From an uncultured Candidatus Binatia bacterium (GTDB lineage Bacteria; Desulfobacterota; Binatia; Bin18), in assembly GCA_965214605.1 (NCBI GenBank), contig OZ243961.1, positions 1,824,001 through 1,888,000 of the forward strand: a DNA stretch of 64,000 nt, read 5' to 3'. The position numbers and the translations under genes were made by a program. Under the pieces are notes generated by a model. It worked only from the letters and a program-made list of their open reading frames with translations, had not been told where the DNA came from and ran no database searches. Position 1 is the stretch's first letter, and every line of letters starts with the position of its first letter. Positions 38,140 through 47,223 of this stretch are shown in pieces.

Positions 38140-39581
38140 CAGACCAATTTTCTCGCCACCTCAAGGTTCGGCGCAAAATTCTTCTAGGGAATATGCTCAC
38201 GGATACCACCCCCCCGCAAGGCCTTCTCTGTACCTTACCGGACAGACCCAGATTGTGGTCTCGGTCCAGGCCATGTCGGCCAGAGCTGCAATAACAACAA
38301 TCACGCCGTCACCTAGGGAGGTGGCGTCTGACAAGTCGAAAAGGCGCGCTTTGTGATCCTTGATATCCATCCTGACCGATCTGGTTCAGCTGCTAGGCGG
38401 AGGCCACCGAAAAGTGCCTGCACAGGACGACGAGTCCGATGCGGACCTCCCAGGATTTGGAGGCATCCGAAGAGGGCTCATTCTAAAGCACTCCCAACAT
38501 CACCCCATCAACTGCTGCCTGTTCGGCCGCGACGAAGCCAGCAATGATATCAGCCCGATGCCGACTCTTGATCTCAAGGTCAAGCAAGACCGTCAGGAAC
38601 AGTGTCGCCGGCGTGACGATCATATTGGCGACGACGGCTTCGCGAGTCTTGAGAAGGAACTACCGGGTAATAATGTCTCGGCCGATCTTCATGGGGATAC
38701 CGGCCGGGCAGGCTCGTGGGATGCACGCAACTAGCGGGAGCGAGCCCAAGGACACAAGCTGGGTGCAATGGACCCAGACAGCGTCATCTGCCCATCGCCC
38801 CGGACGTTGAGCATGTCGGTATAGTGGCCCTACCGCCCGGCCGAGTAGGCTGACCGCTACGTTGCGCTCTCCTGGCCGAACACCTCTCGGTCCAATGCCG
38901 TGTCCGGGTCATGGAATCAGCCGCCGGCAAGGTCGGCAAACTGTCAAGGGAGTGCACCGGGGCGAGAATCTCGGAGCATAGCGTGGAGAACGTCCGGGAC
39001 CAGTTCCGGCCAGGACAGTTCGGGCTGCCCCATCGGCACTGTACCGCCCACCGGAGCGTCGGATACTCACATGGCCGGGGAGACAAGCGGCGAGGACACC
39101 GGATGGTACAGCTTGCCAGGCCAGAGCAGGATAGCGGCCCTGAGCGAGATAATCCCGAGAGAACGCTCAGGTTGAGATTACGGACTGCCTCTGGCCAGGC
39201 ATAGACGACGGAGAGCAGCTCACTCTCCACTGGTGATCCCGGCAAAGGTGAGGCGGCCAACAAGAGTAATGAGGACGCCGACGCTGGACATGAAGCCTGA
39301 GGTAACCGAGTAGACGAAGTGGTCTCATCTGCGCAGCCCAAAGACGCTCTGCAACACTCTCCTCAACACACCCCTCCTCGCCATCTCCTCCGGATGGTCG
39401 GCATGTGAGGCCACGATGGCCGCTAGCCGGGCCGTCCGGATCCTCCTCCCCCTAGGAAACCGACCACGATGGCTCCGTGCAGGCCGGACGCCACAGGGAT
39501 AGCGGCAGGGCCACCACGGTCAAGATCAGACCACTCAGAGCGTCGTCACCCAGCTCTTTCAGACCGAACGTCGCTCCCCAT
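38140..39581 (-). pseudogene. SulP/SLC26 anion transporter pseudogene with STAS remnant
   Basis: Ordered fragments in several frames with stops: GDDALSGLILTVVALPLSL, VASGLHGAIVVGF, SGFMSSVGV, LDSL..AADSMTRTRH, AGIPMKIGRDII, FDLSDATSL. Confidence 0.75.
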
Positions 39582-39713
39582 TATGTGGGCCGGCCCGACC
39601 ACCACCGTCTTGCTGACGGTCCAGGCCACCGCTAGAGTCAGAGCGTGATTCCAGTGGACCAAACGGCTGGATATCTTCGCTAAAAATCTGAAAAAACGAA
39701 CAAGGGACCACTC

Positions 39714-40550
39714 ATGCGCTCTCCCACCTGCGGCCGGCCCAGGGTTTGGCTTGGCCTTGCAGCGCTTGTCATCCTCTTCGGCTGCCAGACAAACCAGACC
39801 GCGGAGAAGCCGGCCCTCCTGGTGTTTGTCGCGGCCAGCCTCCAAGACCTGGTGAAAGACTTGGGCCGGCGTTTTGGCCAGCACCAAGATGTTGAACTCG
39901 TCTATAATTTTGCTGGATCAAACACCCTAGCCCAACAGATTGAGGCCGCCCCGGTGGCCGATGTATTTTTGTCCGCGGACGTCCACTGGATTGATGTTCT
40001 CGAACGGGCCGGCCGGCTGGTGGCCGGCAGCCGGCGTAATCTCGTGTCCAACCGGCTGGTGGTGATCAGCCGCCCGGATGCGTCTTTCAGGTTGACCGAT
40101 CCCCGCCAGCTGGCCGGGGCAGACTTTTCGTTTCTGGCCCTGGCAAATCCAGACGCAGTGCCAGCTGGTCGCTATGCCAAGGCGTTCCTGCAATCCGTCC
40201 GGGTCGGCACTCACAACCTGTGGGATCTCGTCAAAGACAAGCTGGTCCCAACGCCGGATGTGCGTGCCGCCCTAGCCCTGGTCGAATCCGACCCGACCAT
40301 CATCGGCATCGTGTACAGAACCGATGCTATCCGCTCGCCACAGGTAGTGGCCCGCTACGAGGCACCGACCCTGCCCCAGCAACCAATTGTGTACTGCGGG
40401 GCGGCACTCACCGGTCGTTCCAATCCAGCCCTGGCCCAACGCTTTCTCGATTTTTTAACCAGTCCTGAGGCCCAGGCGCTCTTCCTCAGCTATGGCTTCA
40501 TTATTGACCCATCGCGTGCTTTCCAACCAGACACTGGGCACCTACGATGA
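39714..40550 (+). CDS. modA: Molybdate ABC transporter substrate-binding lipoprotein
   Basis: LFGC lipobox, AASL, FAGSNTLAQQIE, DVFLSA, VPAGRYA, IVYRTD. Confidence 0.95.
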   Translation: MRSPTCGRPRVWLGLAALVILFGCQTNQTAEKPALLVFVAASLQDLVKDLGRRFGQHQDVELVYNFAGSNTLAQQIEAAPVADVFLSADVHWIDVLERAGRLVAGSRRNLVSNRLVVISRPDASFRLTDPRQLAGADFSFLALANPDAVPAGRYAKAFLQSVRVGTHNLWDLVKDKLVPTPDVRAALALVESDPTIIGIVYRTDAIRSPQVVARYEAPTLPQQPIVYCGAALTGRSNPALAQRFLDFLTSPEAQALFLSYGFIIDPSRAFQPDTGHLR

Positions 40551-40595
40551 CATTCCTAGGTGTTTATCATACCATGCTTGAGGAGCGAGTGAGTG

Positions 40596-41270
40596 ATGCC
40601 GGGTCAAGACATCCTCCCCATCCTGCTACTGACCCTTAAGACCGCCGTGGTGGCAACGCTGTGTGTGACACTACCGGGCATCCTGCTGGGCTATACCCTG
40701 GCCCGGCACGATTTCCGGGGCAAAAATTTTCTCTCCGCGCTCATCGGCCTACCGCTGGTCCTGCCACCCACCGCGGTCGGCTTCGTGCTGCTGCGCCTGT
40801 TCGCTGTTGATGGTCCCCTGGGACGGCAGACCCTGGGACTTGATCTAGGGCTGCTCCTCAGTTGGCGAGCCGCGGCCCTGGCTGCCGCAGTGATGTCTTT
40901 TCCCCTTGTCGCCCGCACGGCCAGAGTCACCTTTGAAGGCATTGACCCGCGACTCGAAATGATGGCCAAGACCCTCGGCCACAGTACGCTGGCCACTTTT
41001 TTTCGCTATACTTTGCCGCTAGCCAGACGGGGTCTGTTGGCCGGCGGCATTCTTGGCTTCACCCGGGCCTTAGGGGAGTTTGGGGCGACCGTCACCATTG
41101 CCGGGAATATTCCAGGCCGAACCCAAACCCTGGCCTCGGCCATCTTCAGCGCCCAGCAGGTTGGCGATACCGATCAAGCCTATATGTTGATGTTACTGGC
41201 CATCGGGCTGGGTTTTGTCGCCATCATGAGCGCAGAACTCCTGTCCCGTACGCCGAGAACAGCCCCATGA
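40596..41270 (+). CDS. modB: Molybdate ABC transporter permease
   Basis: LPLVLPPT, FTRALGEFGAT, AGNIPGRTQT. Confidence 0.95.
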   Translation: MPGQDILPILLLTLKTAVVATLCVTLPGILLGYTLARHDFRGKNFLSALIGLPLVLPPTAVGFVLLRLFAVDGPLGRQTLGLDLGLLLSWRAAALAAAVMSFPLVARTARVTFEGIDPRLEMMAKTLGHSTLATFFRYTLPLARRGLLAGGILGFTRALGEFGATVTIAGNIPGRTQTLASAIFSAQQVGDTDQAYMLMLLAIGLGFVAIMSAELLSRTPRTAP

Positions 41271-42418
41271 CTGCCCCGGCTTTTCCATCTTCCATCCTTA
41301 CCGTGCGGGTGCGCCTGGCGCTGGACCGATTTGAACTGAACGTCGATGTCACCACCCGCCACCAGGTGACTGGCCTCTTTGGCGTGTCAGGGTCGGGCAA
41401 GACCAGTCTGCTCGAAACTATCTGTGGACTGCGGCGTCAGGCTCAGGGCTACACCTGTCTCGACGGGGAGGTGTGGCTGGACACAGCCAACCACATATTT
41501 GTCAAACCAGAGCGGCGTAACATCGGTTACGTGCCCCAAGACGGCCTACTCTTTTCGCATAAAAACGTCCGTCAAAATCTGCTGTCCGGCGCCAAACGGG
41601 CGGTCCGCAACGGTCATCCGCTCCAGGCAACGCTGCGACTGGTGACCGAGATTCTTGAACTCGGTCCCCTGCTCGACCGCAACGTGACCACCCTGTCGGG
41701 GGGAGAGCGCCAACGCGTCGCGCTGGGTCGAGCGATTTGTTCCGGACCGCGTCTGTTACTGCTTGACGAACCGTTTGCCTCGCTCGATCTCGCCCTGCGA
41801 CGCAAGCTATTGCCGTTTGTGCGCCGCCTTCGTTCCGAGTTCCAGATTCCGATGCTGTTTGTATCGCACGACCCCCTCGAAGTCCAAGCCTTATGCGACG
41901 ATCTGATCGTGCTCAGAGAGGGGGCGACGATCGCCCACGGTGAGCCACGCCGGGTCTTGACCGATCCGGACGTCTTTTCTTTGGCCGAACAGCAGAAATT
42001 TGAAAATATTATACCGTGTCGCCTGATCGACAGTCAGGCCAGTACCAGCCGGGTCCGTCTAGGACAGCTGCCTCTGAGAACAGTGCAGTCCGATCCCCGC
42101 TCGGTCGAATTTACAGCCATGAAGGCCGAGGCGAGGCCGGGCGACCTGATGCTGGCCAGTATTCCGGCCAACGATATCATGGTTGCGACCCACAAACCCC
42201 AGGGACTCTCGGCCCGCAACATTGTGCCTGCCCGTATTACCCAGCTTCGCTTGGTCGGTTCGGTCGGACTGGTCACGGCCGAGCTAGACGCCGAGCTGCC
42301 ACCCCTGACGATTGAAATCACAGAGACGAGTTTTGTTGAGTTGGGACTGCGTCCCGGACGACAGATCTTTCTGGTCATTAAGGCTACCTCGTGTCGCTTG
42401 TATGAAGGAGAGCGCTAG
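41267..42418 (+). CDS. modC: Molybdate ABC transporter ATPase with TOBE domain
   Basis: GVSGSGKT, LSGGERQR, LLLDEP, SARN. Confidence 0.95.
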   Translation: MTAPAFPSSILTVRVRLALDRFELNVDVTTRHQVTGLFGVSGSGKTSLLETICGLRRQAQGYTCLDGEVWLDTANHIFVKPERRNIGYVPQDGLLFSHKNVRQNLLSGAKRAVRNGHPLQATLRLVTEILELGPLLDRNVTTLSGGERQRVALGRAICSGPRLLLLDEPFASLDLALRRKLLPFVRRLRSEFQIPMLFVSHDPLEVQALCDDLIVLREGATIAHGEPRRVLTDPDVFSLAEQQKFENIIPCRLIDSQASTSRVRLGQLPLRTVQSDPRSVEFTAMKAEARPGDLMLASIPANDIMVATHKPQGLSARNIVPARITQLRLVGSVGLVTAELDAELPPLTIEITETSFVELGLRPGRQIFLVIKATSCRLYEGER

Positions 42419-42639
42419 GTTCTTTTTTTCCAGGTCTGATAACTGTCCGGGGTCAACACTTCCCAGCAATGACGACAGGATCGATTTTCACAAAAGGCCA
42501 TCGTCTGAGAGGTCAGATGCCGCTTGCGGTAGTAGCGCAGCTCAAAAGGATAGTATTTGATTTTTTTGGTGAAACGGCCGCACTTGGGACACCTCGCGCC
42601 GACTAATTTTTCTTTCTTCCAGACCTCTTGGATTGCCAT
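42415..42639 (-). CDS. Small basic Cys-rich (zinc-ribbon-like) protein
   Basis: CPKC...CENRSC; convergent with modC. Confidence 0.55.
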   Translation of the reverse strand: MAIQEVWKKEKLVGARCPKCGRFTKKIKYYPFELRYYRKRHLTSQTMAFCENRSCRHCWEVLTPDSYQTWKKRT

Positions 42640-42695
42640 CCGAACATTTGGAGCGTACAAAGACTACTTTGTCAAACGTGCACAATAGAGAGGCC

Positions 42696-42938
42696 ATGAT
42701 GGATCATCTCGCCGGAGTCTATCAAGGGATAGTCCGGGATAATCGGGACCCGGAAAACCGGCTACGGCTAAAAGTCGAGGTTTTTGAAGTGCCCGGCGTG
42801 GCCGAATGGGCGCTCCCGTGCCTGCCGCCCGGCGTGGAAACCCTGCCCGACGCCGGAGAAACGGTCTGGCTGCTGTTTCAGGGCGGCAGCCGCAGCAAGC
42901 CGGTTTGGCTCGGAGTACTGCCCGGCAGCTTAGCGTAG
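42696..42938 (+). CDS. Stand-alone Gp5/baseplate protein V OB-fold domain
   Basis: GVYQGIVRDNRDPE...RLKVEV...WALPC...LPDAGETVWLLFQGG...PVWLG. Confidence 0.8.
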   Translation: MMDHLAGVYQGIVRDNRDPENRLRLKVEVFEVPGVAEWALPCLPPGVETLPDAGETVWLLFQGGSRSKPVWLGVLPGSLA

Positions 42939-43087
42939 GGACGCTTCGCCGGGGCGTCTTGTCTGTTCAACCGGCGTAGCCAGAGGGTCGCATAGGAACG
43001 AAACGTCCTATGCCCGCTGAAACGGCCCCGGAGCTAAGCCCCCTCTAGGGCCACGGTCCAGAGCAACGCCGCCCAAAACATCGACCG

Positions 43088-43462
43088 TCAGCACCAGCCT
43101 TGTGCCGCCGCTAAGGGTGGTGGCGCTCCCTCTTCGAATCTGGTTGGAAACGCTCCCCCGCACGCCCGACAGCGGGGCGTGGCAAATTGAAAGATACGGA
43201 CGGCGAAGCTAGTCGGTAGGCTGGACAGGTCCGTTTCCCAACAGTCCTCCACCCAGACCTCGTAGAGCTGTTTAAGCCCGGCGACGGCTAGGTGAGGATG
43301 GGTCGCCGGAAGTTCGACCCCGTCGCATTGAAAGAGGCCGAGGTGTAGACGAGTCCCATAAAAACCGAAGGAGATCGTCAGCACTGAGCCGGACACGAGG
43401 CGGGTTCTGACACACGGGTTAACGGGGATGATATGTTGAGCCTTTGGCCGTCCCCCAAGCAT
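43088..43462 (-). CDS. Hypothetical protein
   Basis: 124-aa ORF with CRACG; no recognised family. Confidence 0.4.
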   Translation of the reverse strand: MLGGRPKAQHIIPVNPCVRTRLVSGSVLTISFGFYGTRLHLGLFQCDGVELPATHPHLAVAGLKQLYEVWVEDCWETDLSSLPTSFAVRIFQFATPRCRACGGAFPTRFEEGAPPPLAAAQGWC

Positions 43463-43518
43463 CTACCCAAGAGGTCTTTTCTGTTACGTGCTCACCACGA
43501 TTATGCTAACCTGCCGTT

Positions 43519-43818
43519 ATGAAAAACAACTCTCTGTCCGAGACGCGCCGTCGAAGCTATTGGCGCGAAAATCTTATCATTGTCGTGGGTTTACTGAGCG
43601 TCTGGTTCAGCGTCTCTTTTGGCCTCTCAATCATCTTTGTCGACGCCCTCAACACTGTCCGGCTGGGTGGCTTCCGACTAGGTTTTTGGATGGCCCAACA
43701 AGGCTCGCTCTACATCTTTGTCCTTCTGATCTTCTTATACGTGTGGCTGATGAACCGTTTGGATCGGGCCCACGGTGTACAAGAACAAGACCCGACGCGC
43801 GGGGGAGCGGCCCAGTGA
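43519..43818 (+). CDS. DUF4212-type small membrane partner of ActP-like symporter
   Basis: YWRENL...LGFWMAQQGS...MNRLD. Confidence 0.88.
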   Translation: MKNNSLSETRRRSYWRENLIIVVGLLSVWFSVSFGLSIIFVDALNTVRLGGFRLGFWMAQQGSLYIFVLLIFLYVWLMNRLDRAHGVQEQDPTRGGAAQ

Positions 43819-45572
43819 TGGACAGCGATCCGGTCAAAATTTGGACCTTCATCATCGTCGGCCTCTCATTTGCGCTATATATCGGTATCGCCTGGCGAGC
43901 CAAGGCCGAGTCAACCAGTGATTTTTATATAGCGGGCTCCCGAGTCGGTGCGGTAGCCAACGGCATGGCGACCGCTGCCGGTTGGATGAGTGCGGCCTCG
44001 TTTATCTCAATGGCTGGTATGATGTCCTTCTTGGGCCGGGACGGCGCCATGTATCTCATGGGCTGGACCGGCGGCTATGTGCTGTTAGCTCTGTTGCTAG
44101 CGCCTTATTTGCGGAAATTCGGCAAATACACAGTGCCCGATTTTGTCGGCGAACGCTATTACTCGCAAACCGCTCGAATCGTTGCCCTAGTGTGTGCCAT
44201 CTTTGTCTCGTTTACTTATGTAGCCGGTCAGATGCGCGGTGTGGGGGTAGTATTTGCCCGATTTTTGGAAGTGCCGATTGAGCTAGGCGTGGTCATTGGC
44301 ATGGCTATCGTCCTCATCTACGCCGTAGCCGGCGGACAAAAAGGCATTACCTATACCCAGGTCGCTCAGTACTGTGTGCTGATCTTTGCCTACATGCTGC
44401 CGAGCTTTTTTATTTCCATCCTGATGACCGATACGCTCCTGCCCCAAATCGGGTTTGGCGCGGAGCTGAAAACTGAGCCAGGCGTCTCGCTGCTTGATAA
44501 GCTCGACGGTCTGAGTCAAGAACTCGGTTTTGCCGCATATACGGGCCGGGGAAGTAAAACCGTGATCGACGTCTTTTTTATCACCCTGTCTCTGATGGTT
44601 GGCACCGCGGGTCTGCCACACGTTATTACCCGTTTTTTTACCGTTCCTCGGGTAAAAGACGCGCGTATCTCGGCAGGCTGGGCGCTGTTGTTTATTGTCA
44701 TTCTGTACGCGACCGCGCCGGCCGTAGCGGCGTTCGCCCGCACAAACCTCTTAACGAGCGTCCACAACACTGAATATGCCCAGGTTCCCAACTGGTTCTC
44801 AAAGTGGGAGGAAACCGGCCTGATTCGCTTTGTGGACAAAAATCAGGATGGCCGCATCCAGTATTACAATGATCAGAACCCGACCTTTGCTGAACGCGCC
44901 GCAGCCTTGGGCTGGGATGGAAACGAGCTGCACATCGACCGTGATATCATTGTGTTGGCCAACCCTGAAATTGCCCGGCTGCCGGCCTGGATAGTCGCCT
45001 TAGTGGCGGCCGGCGGCCTGGCCGCAGCCCTGTCTACGGCCGCGGGTCTCCTGCTCGTCCTTTCAACGTCGATCTCCCACGATCTGATGAAAAATGTGCT
45101 CAGCCCCCATATCACCGAAAGGCAAGAGCTGCGTTACGCGCGGCTGGCCTCGGTCGTGGCGATTATTATTGCCGGCTATTTCGGCATCAACCCGCCGGGG
45201 TTTGTCGCCCAAGTCGTGGCCTTTGCCTTCGGTCTGGCCGCATCGAGTTTCTTCCCAGCCATTGTGCTCGGCATTTTCTCTAAGCGCATGAACCACTGGG
45301 GGGCGGTTGCCGGGATGATAACCGGGATGGGTTTCACGAGCGCCTATATTATCTATTTCAAGTTCATCAGCCCCGAAGCCAATACCGCCGCGCACTGGCT
45401 ATGGGGCATCTCTCCGGAAGGCATTGGCGGGATTGGCATGTTGCTCAACTTTGGGGTTGCGGTCCTCATCGCCTCTCTCACTCGCCCCCCAGCCCAAGAC
45501 GTTCAAGACCTGGTTGAGGATATCCGCATACCGCGTAAAGAAAAGCCGATTTCCGATCAAAGCGTGAGCTGA
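43818..45572 (+). CDS. Cation/acetate symporter ActP-like sodium:solute symporter
   Basis: NGMATAA.WMSAASF, KFGKYTVPDF, GTAGLPHV..RFF, AALSTAAGLL. Coupled to the upstream gene (TGATG). Confidence 0.9.
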   Translation: MDSDPVKIWTFIIVGLSFALYIGIAWRAKAESTSDFYIAGSRVGAVANGMATAAGWMSAASFISMAGMMSFLGRDGAMYLMGWTGGYVLLALLLAPYLRKFGKYTVPDFVGERYYSQTARIVALVCAIFVSFTYVAGQMRGVGVVFARFLEVPIELGVVIGMAIVLIYAVAGGQKGITYTQVAQYCVLIFAYMLPSFFISILMTDTLLPQIGFGAELKTEPGVSLLDKLDGLSQELGFAAYTGRGSKTVIDVFFITLSLMVGTAGLPHVITRFFTVPRVKDARISAGWALLFIVILYATAPAVAAFARTNLLTSVHNTEYAQVPNWFSKWEETGLIRFVDKNQDGRIQYYNDQNPTFAERAAALGWDGNELHIDRDIIVLANPEIARLPAWIVALVAAGGLAAALSTAAGLLLVLSTSISHDLMKNVLSPHITERQELRYARLASVVAIIIAGYFGINPPGFVAQVVAFAFGLAASSFFPAIVLGIFSKRMNHWGAVAGMITGMGFTSAYIIYFKFISPEANTAAHWLWGISPEGIGGIGMLLNFGVAVLIASLTRPPAQDVQDLVEDIRIPRKEKPISDQSVS

Positions 45573-45584
45573 TGAGAAAAGAAG

Positions 45585-45657
<73 letters not shown>

Positions 45658-45675
45658 CCACGGATAAGGCCCCGA

Positions 45676-45704
45676 ACTCTAACAGTCGAGGGAGGTTTTT
45701 GCAA
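45676..45704 (-). promoter_or_regulatory. Sigma70-type promoter of tRNA-Ala
   Basis: TTGCAA-17 bp-TAGAGT with an extended TG. Confidence 0.55.
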
Positions 45705-45713
45705 GCCAAGGCG

Positions 45714-45749
45714 CCCCCTCCCTAGCCCTCCCCCCAGAGGGGAAGGGAA
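45714..45749. repeat. REP-like palindromic element
   Basis: CCCCCTCCCTAGCCCTCCCCCCAGAGGGGAAGGGAA resembles the widespread CCCTCNCCCT..CCCTCTCCC...GGGAGAGGG palindrome. Confidence 0.45.
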
Positions 45750-45774
45750 TGCAGACAGAGGGGGAAAGAGGAGG

Positions 45775-46914
45775 TCAGGTCAGACCAACTTGCAGAAACG
45801 TCACAATAGCTCTCAGGCCCAAGTTGTCGTACTGGGCGTTGATATCGGAGCGGAAGATAAAGTGAATTAGCCCGTCCTCAGCCTGGGCTTCCGGCGGAGG
45901 ATTCTGATCCCAAGCACCCTGTTCACAAGCGTTCATCAAGGACTCGTCAATCGAATAGCTGCCGGAACGGCTGCGTAAGACGAGCCCGACCAGATCGCCA
46001 TCTACCGATAGCTTAGCTTCGATAGTCACCCAGTCGCGGGCCGCAATAACATCGTCGAGCTTTAGGTTTCTCCGCTGGTCAATCACCAAATGCTCAAACA
46101 CACGCTGTGCCACCCGGCGGACGAACGGGGCAAAACGGTGCGCCTTGGTGTTCAAGAAAGTCATATTGCCGCGGCGCACATCGGGCAGGTGATCCGGCGT
46201 TCCCCTCGGTCCGGGCAGGGACAGGGGACTCTGCTGGATCGGGGGGGCCATGCTCAGCAGCTCATTGCCGGTCGGGGGACGCTGTTCGTCCTGCCCTTCC
46301 TGCTCTTTGCCCCGGTCTTTAATGAACTCCTGGGCTAATAAATCAGCAGGGCTGGCAAACAACTGGGGGGCGCGTTTTGAGGTATTGAGCGCACTGGGTT
46401 TAAGGGCCTTCAGGTTCTTCTTCGGTGCGTTCTCAGGTTTGAACTCCGCCAGCTGGGTAGGAGCTTGGGGCTGGATGCTGGGGGGGTCCTCTCGTTCTGG
46501 GTTCGGGGTCGGCAGCGGAGTACCAACGGCAACCGTTTCTTCCTCGGCCGTAGTATTTTTGTCGCTCAGGAAACGTGTTTGGTCGGGGCTCTGCTCATTG
46601 ATGACGTCGGGCGGATTGACAATTTGCTCAGGGAGGGGCTGAGGCGGTGGTTCGGTTTCTTTCTCTTCAGCCTGCTCTTCTTTTGGGACTTCCTCAGGGA
46701 TGTTTGGCTCGGCCTGGACCAGCCTCTGGGGCTCTTCCGCCGGCAGCAGTTCCACCTCGGTCAACTGTTCCGTCTCGGGCGGAAAGACTGGATTGGGCAC
46801 GGGAAACAAGAGGAGCAGGAACAGATGGAAAAGAATCGAGAAGAGCAAAAAAACGACGAGCGGATCGCGGCGGTGCTGCTGGGGGCGCGTAAGGGTGAGG
46901 GCGACCATTGACAT
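45775..46914 (-). CDS. TonB-family energy transducer-like protein
   Basis: TM helix with S..FH, Pro/Glu-rich linker, C-terminal SGS..ID...NPPP domain. Confidence 0.75.
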   Translation of the reverse strand: MSMVALTLTRPQQHRRDPLVVFLLFSILFHLFLLLLFPVPNPVFPPETEQLTEVELLPAEEPQRLVQAEPNIPEEVPKEEQAEEKETEPPPQPLPEQIVNPPDVINEQSPDQTRFLSDKNTTAEEETVAVGTPLPTPNPEREDPPSIQPQAPTQLAEFKPENAPKKNLKALKPSALNTSKRAPQLFASPADLLAQEFIKDRGKEQEGQDEQRPPTGNELLSMAPPIQQSPLSLPGPRGTPDHLPDVRRGNMTFLNTKAHRFAPFVRRVAQRVFEHLVIDQRRNLKLDDVIAARDWVTIEAKLSVDGDLVGLVLRSRSGSYSIDESLMNACEQGAWDQNPPPEAQAEDGLIHFIFRSDINAQYDNLGLRAIVTFLQVGLT

Positions 46915-47007
46915 CGGCTGTATTCTAGCCTTCTTGGCCGGAGCCTGCAAGAAAAATGTTTACCTGCCTTGCCCATGGGCAGAGACATCGCGTATAGTAC
47001 GGAAATC

Positions 47008-47205
47008 ATGTTCGGTCTTGGTGTGGGAGAGCTCCTGATCATTCTGATCATTGTCCTGGTCATTTTCGGCGCAGGGAAATTGCCGGCTATTGGTGAGGGG
47101 CTTGGGAAGGGGATTCAGAACTTTCGCAAATCGGTCAAGTCGCCGGAAATCGATATCACTCCGGACAACGAAACAGACAAGCCATCCGACAATCCCCCCT
47201 CATAA
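47008..47205 (+). CDS. tatA: Twin-arginine translocase subunit
   Basis: MFGLG..EL....IFGAGKLP.IG.GLGKGI.NF. Confidence 0.93.
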   Translation: MFGLGVGELLIILIIVLVIFGAGKLPAIGEGLGKGIQNFRKSVKSPEIDITPDNETDKPSDNPPS

Positions 47206-47223
47206 CGAACGGTTCCGCCACCT

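Noticed and set aside
39582-39713. Moco riboswitch or ModE box before modA
   Set aside because: No matching consensus seen.
43488-43817. Extension of the symporter ORF
   Set aside because: It overlaps the DUF4212-type gene in another frame; the true start is 43818.
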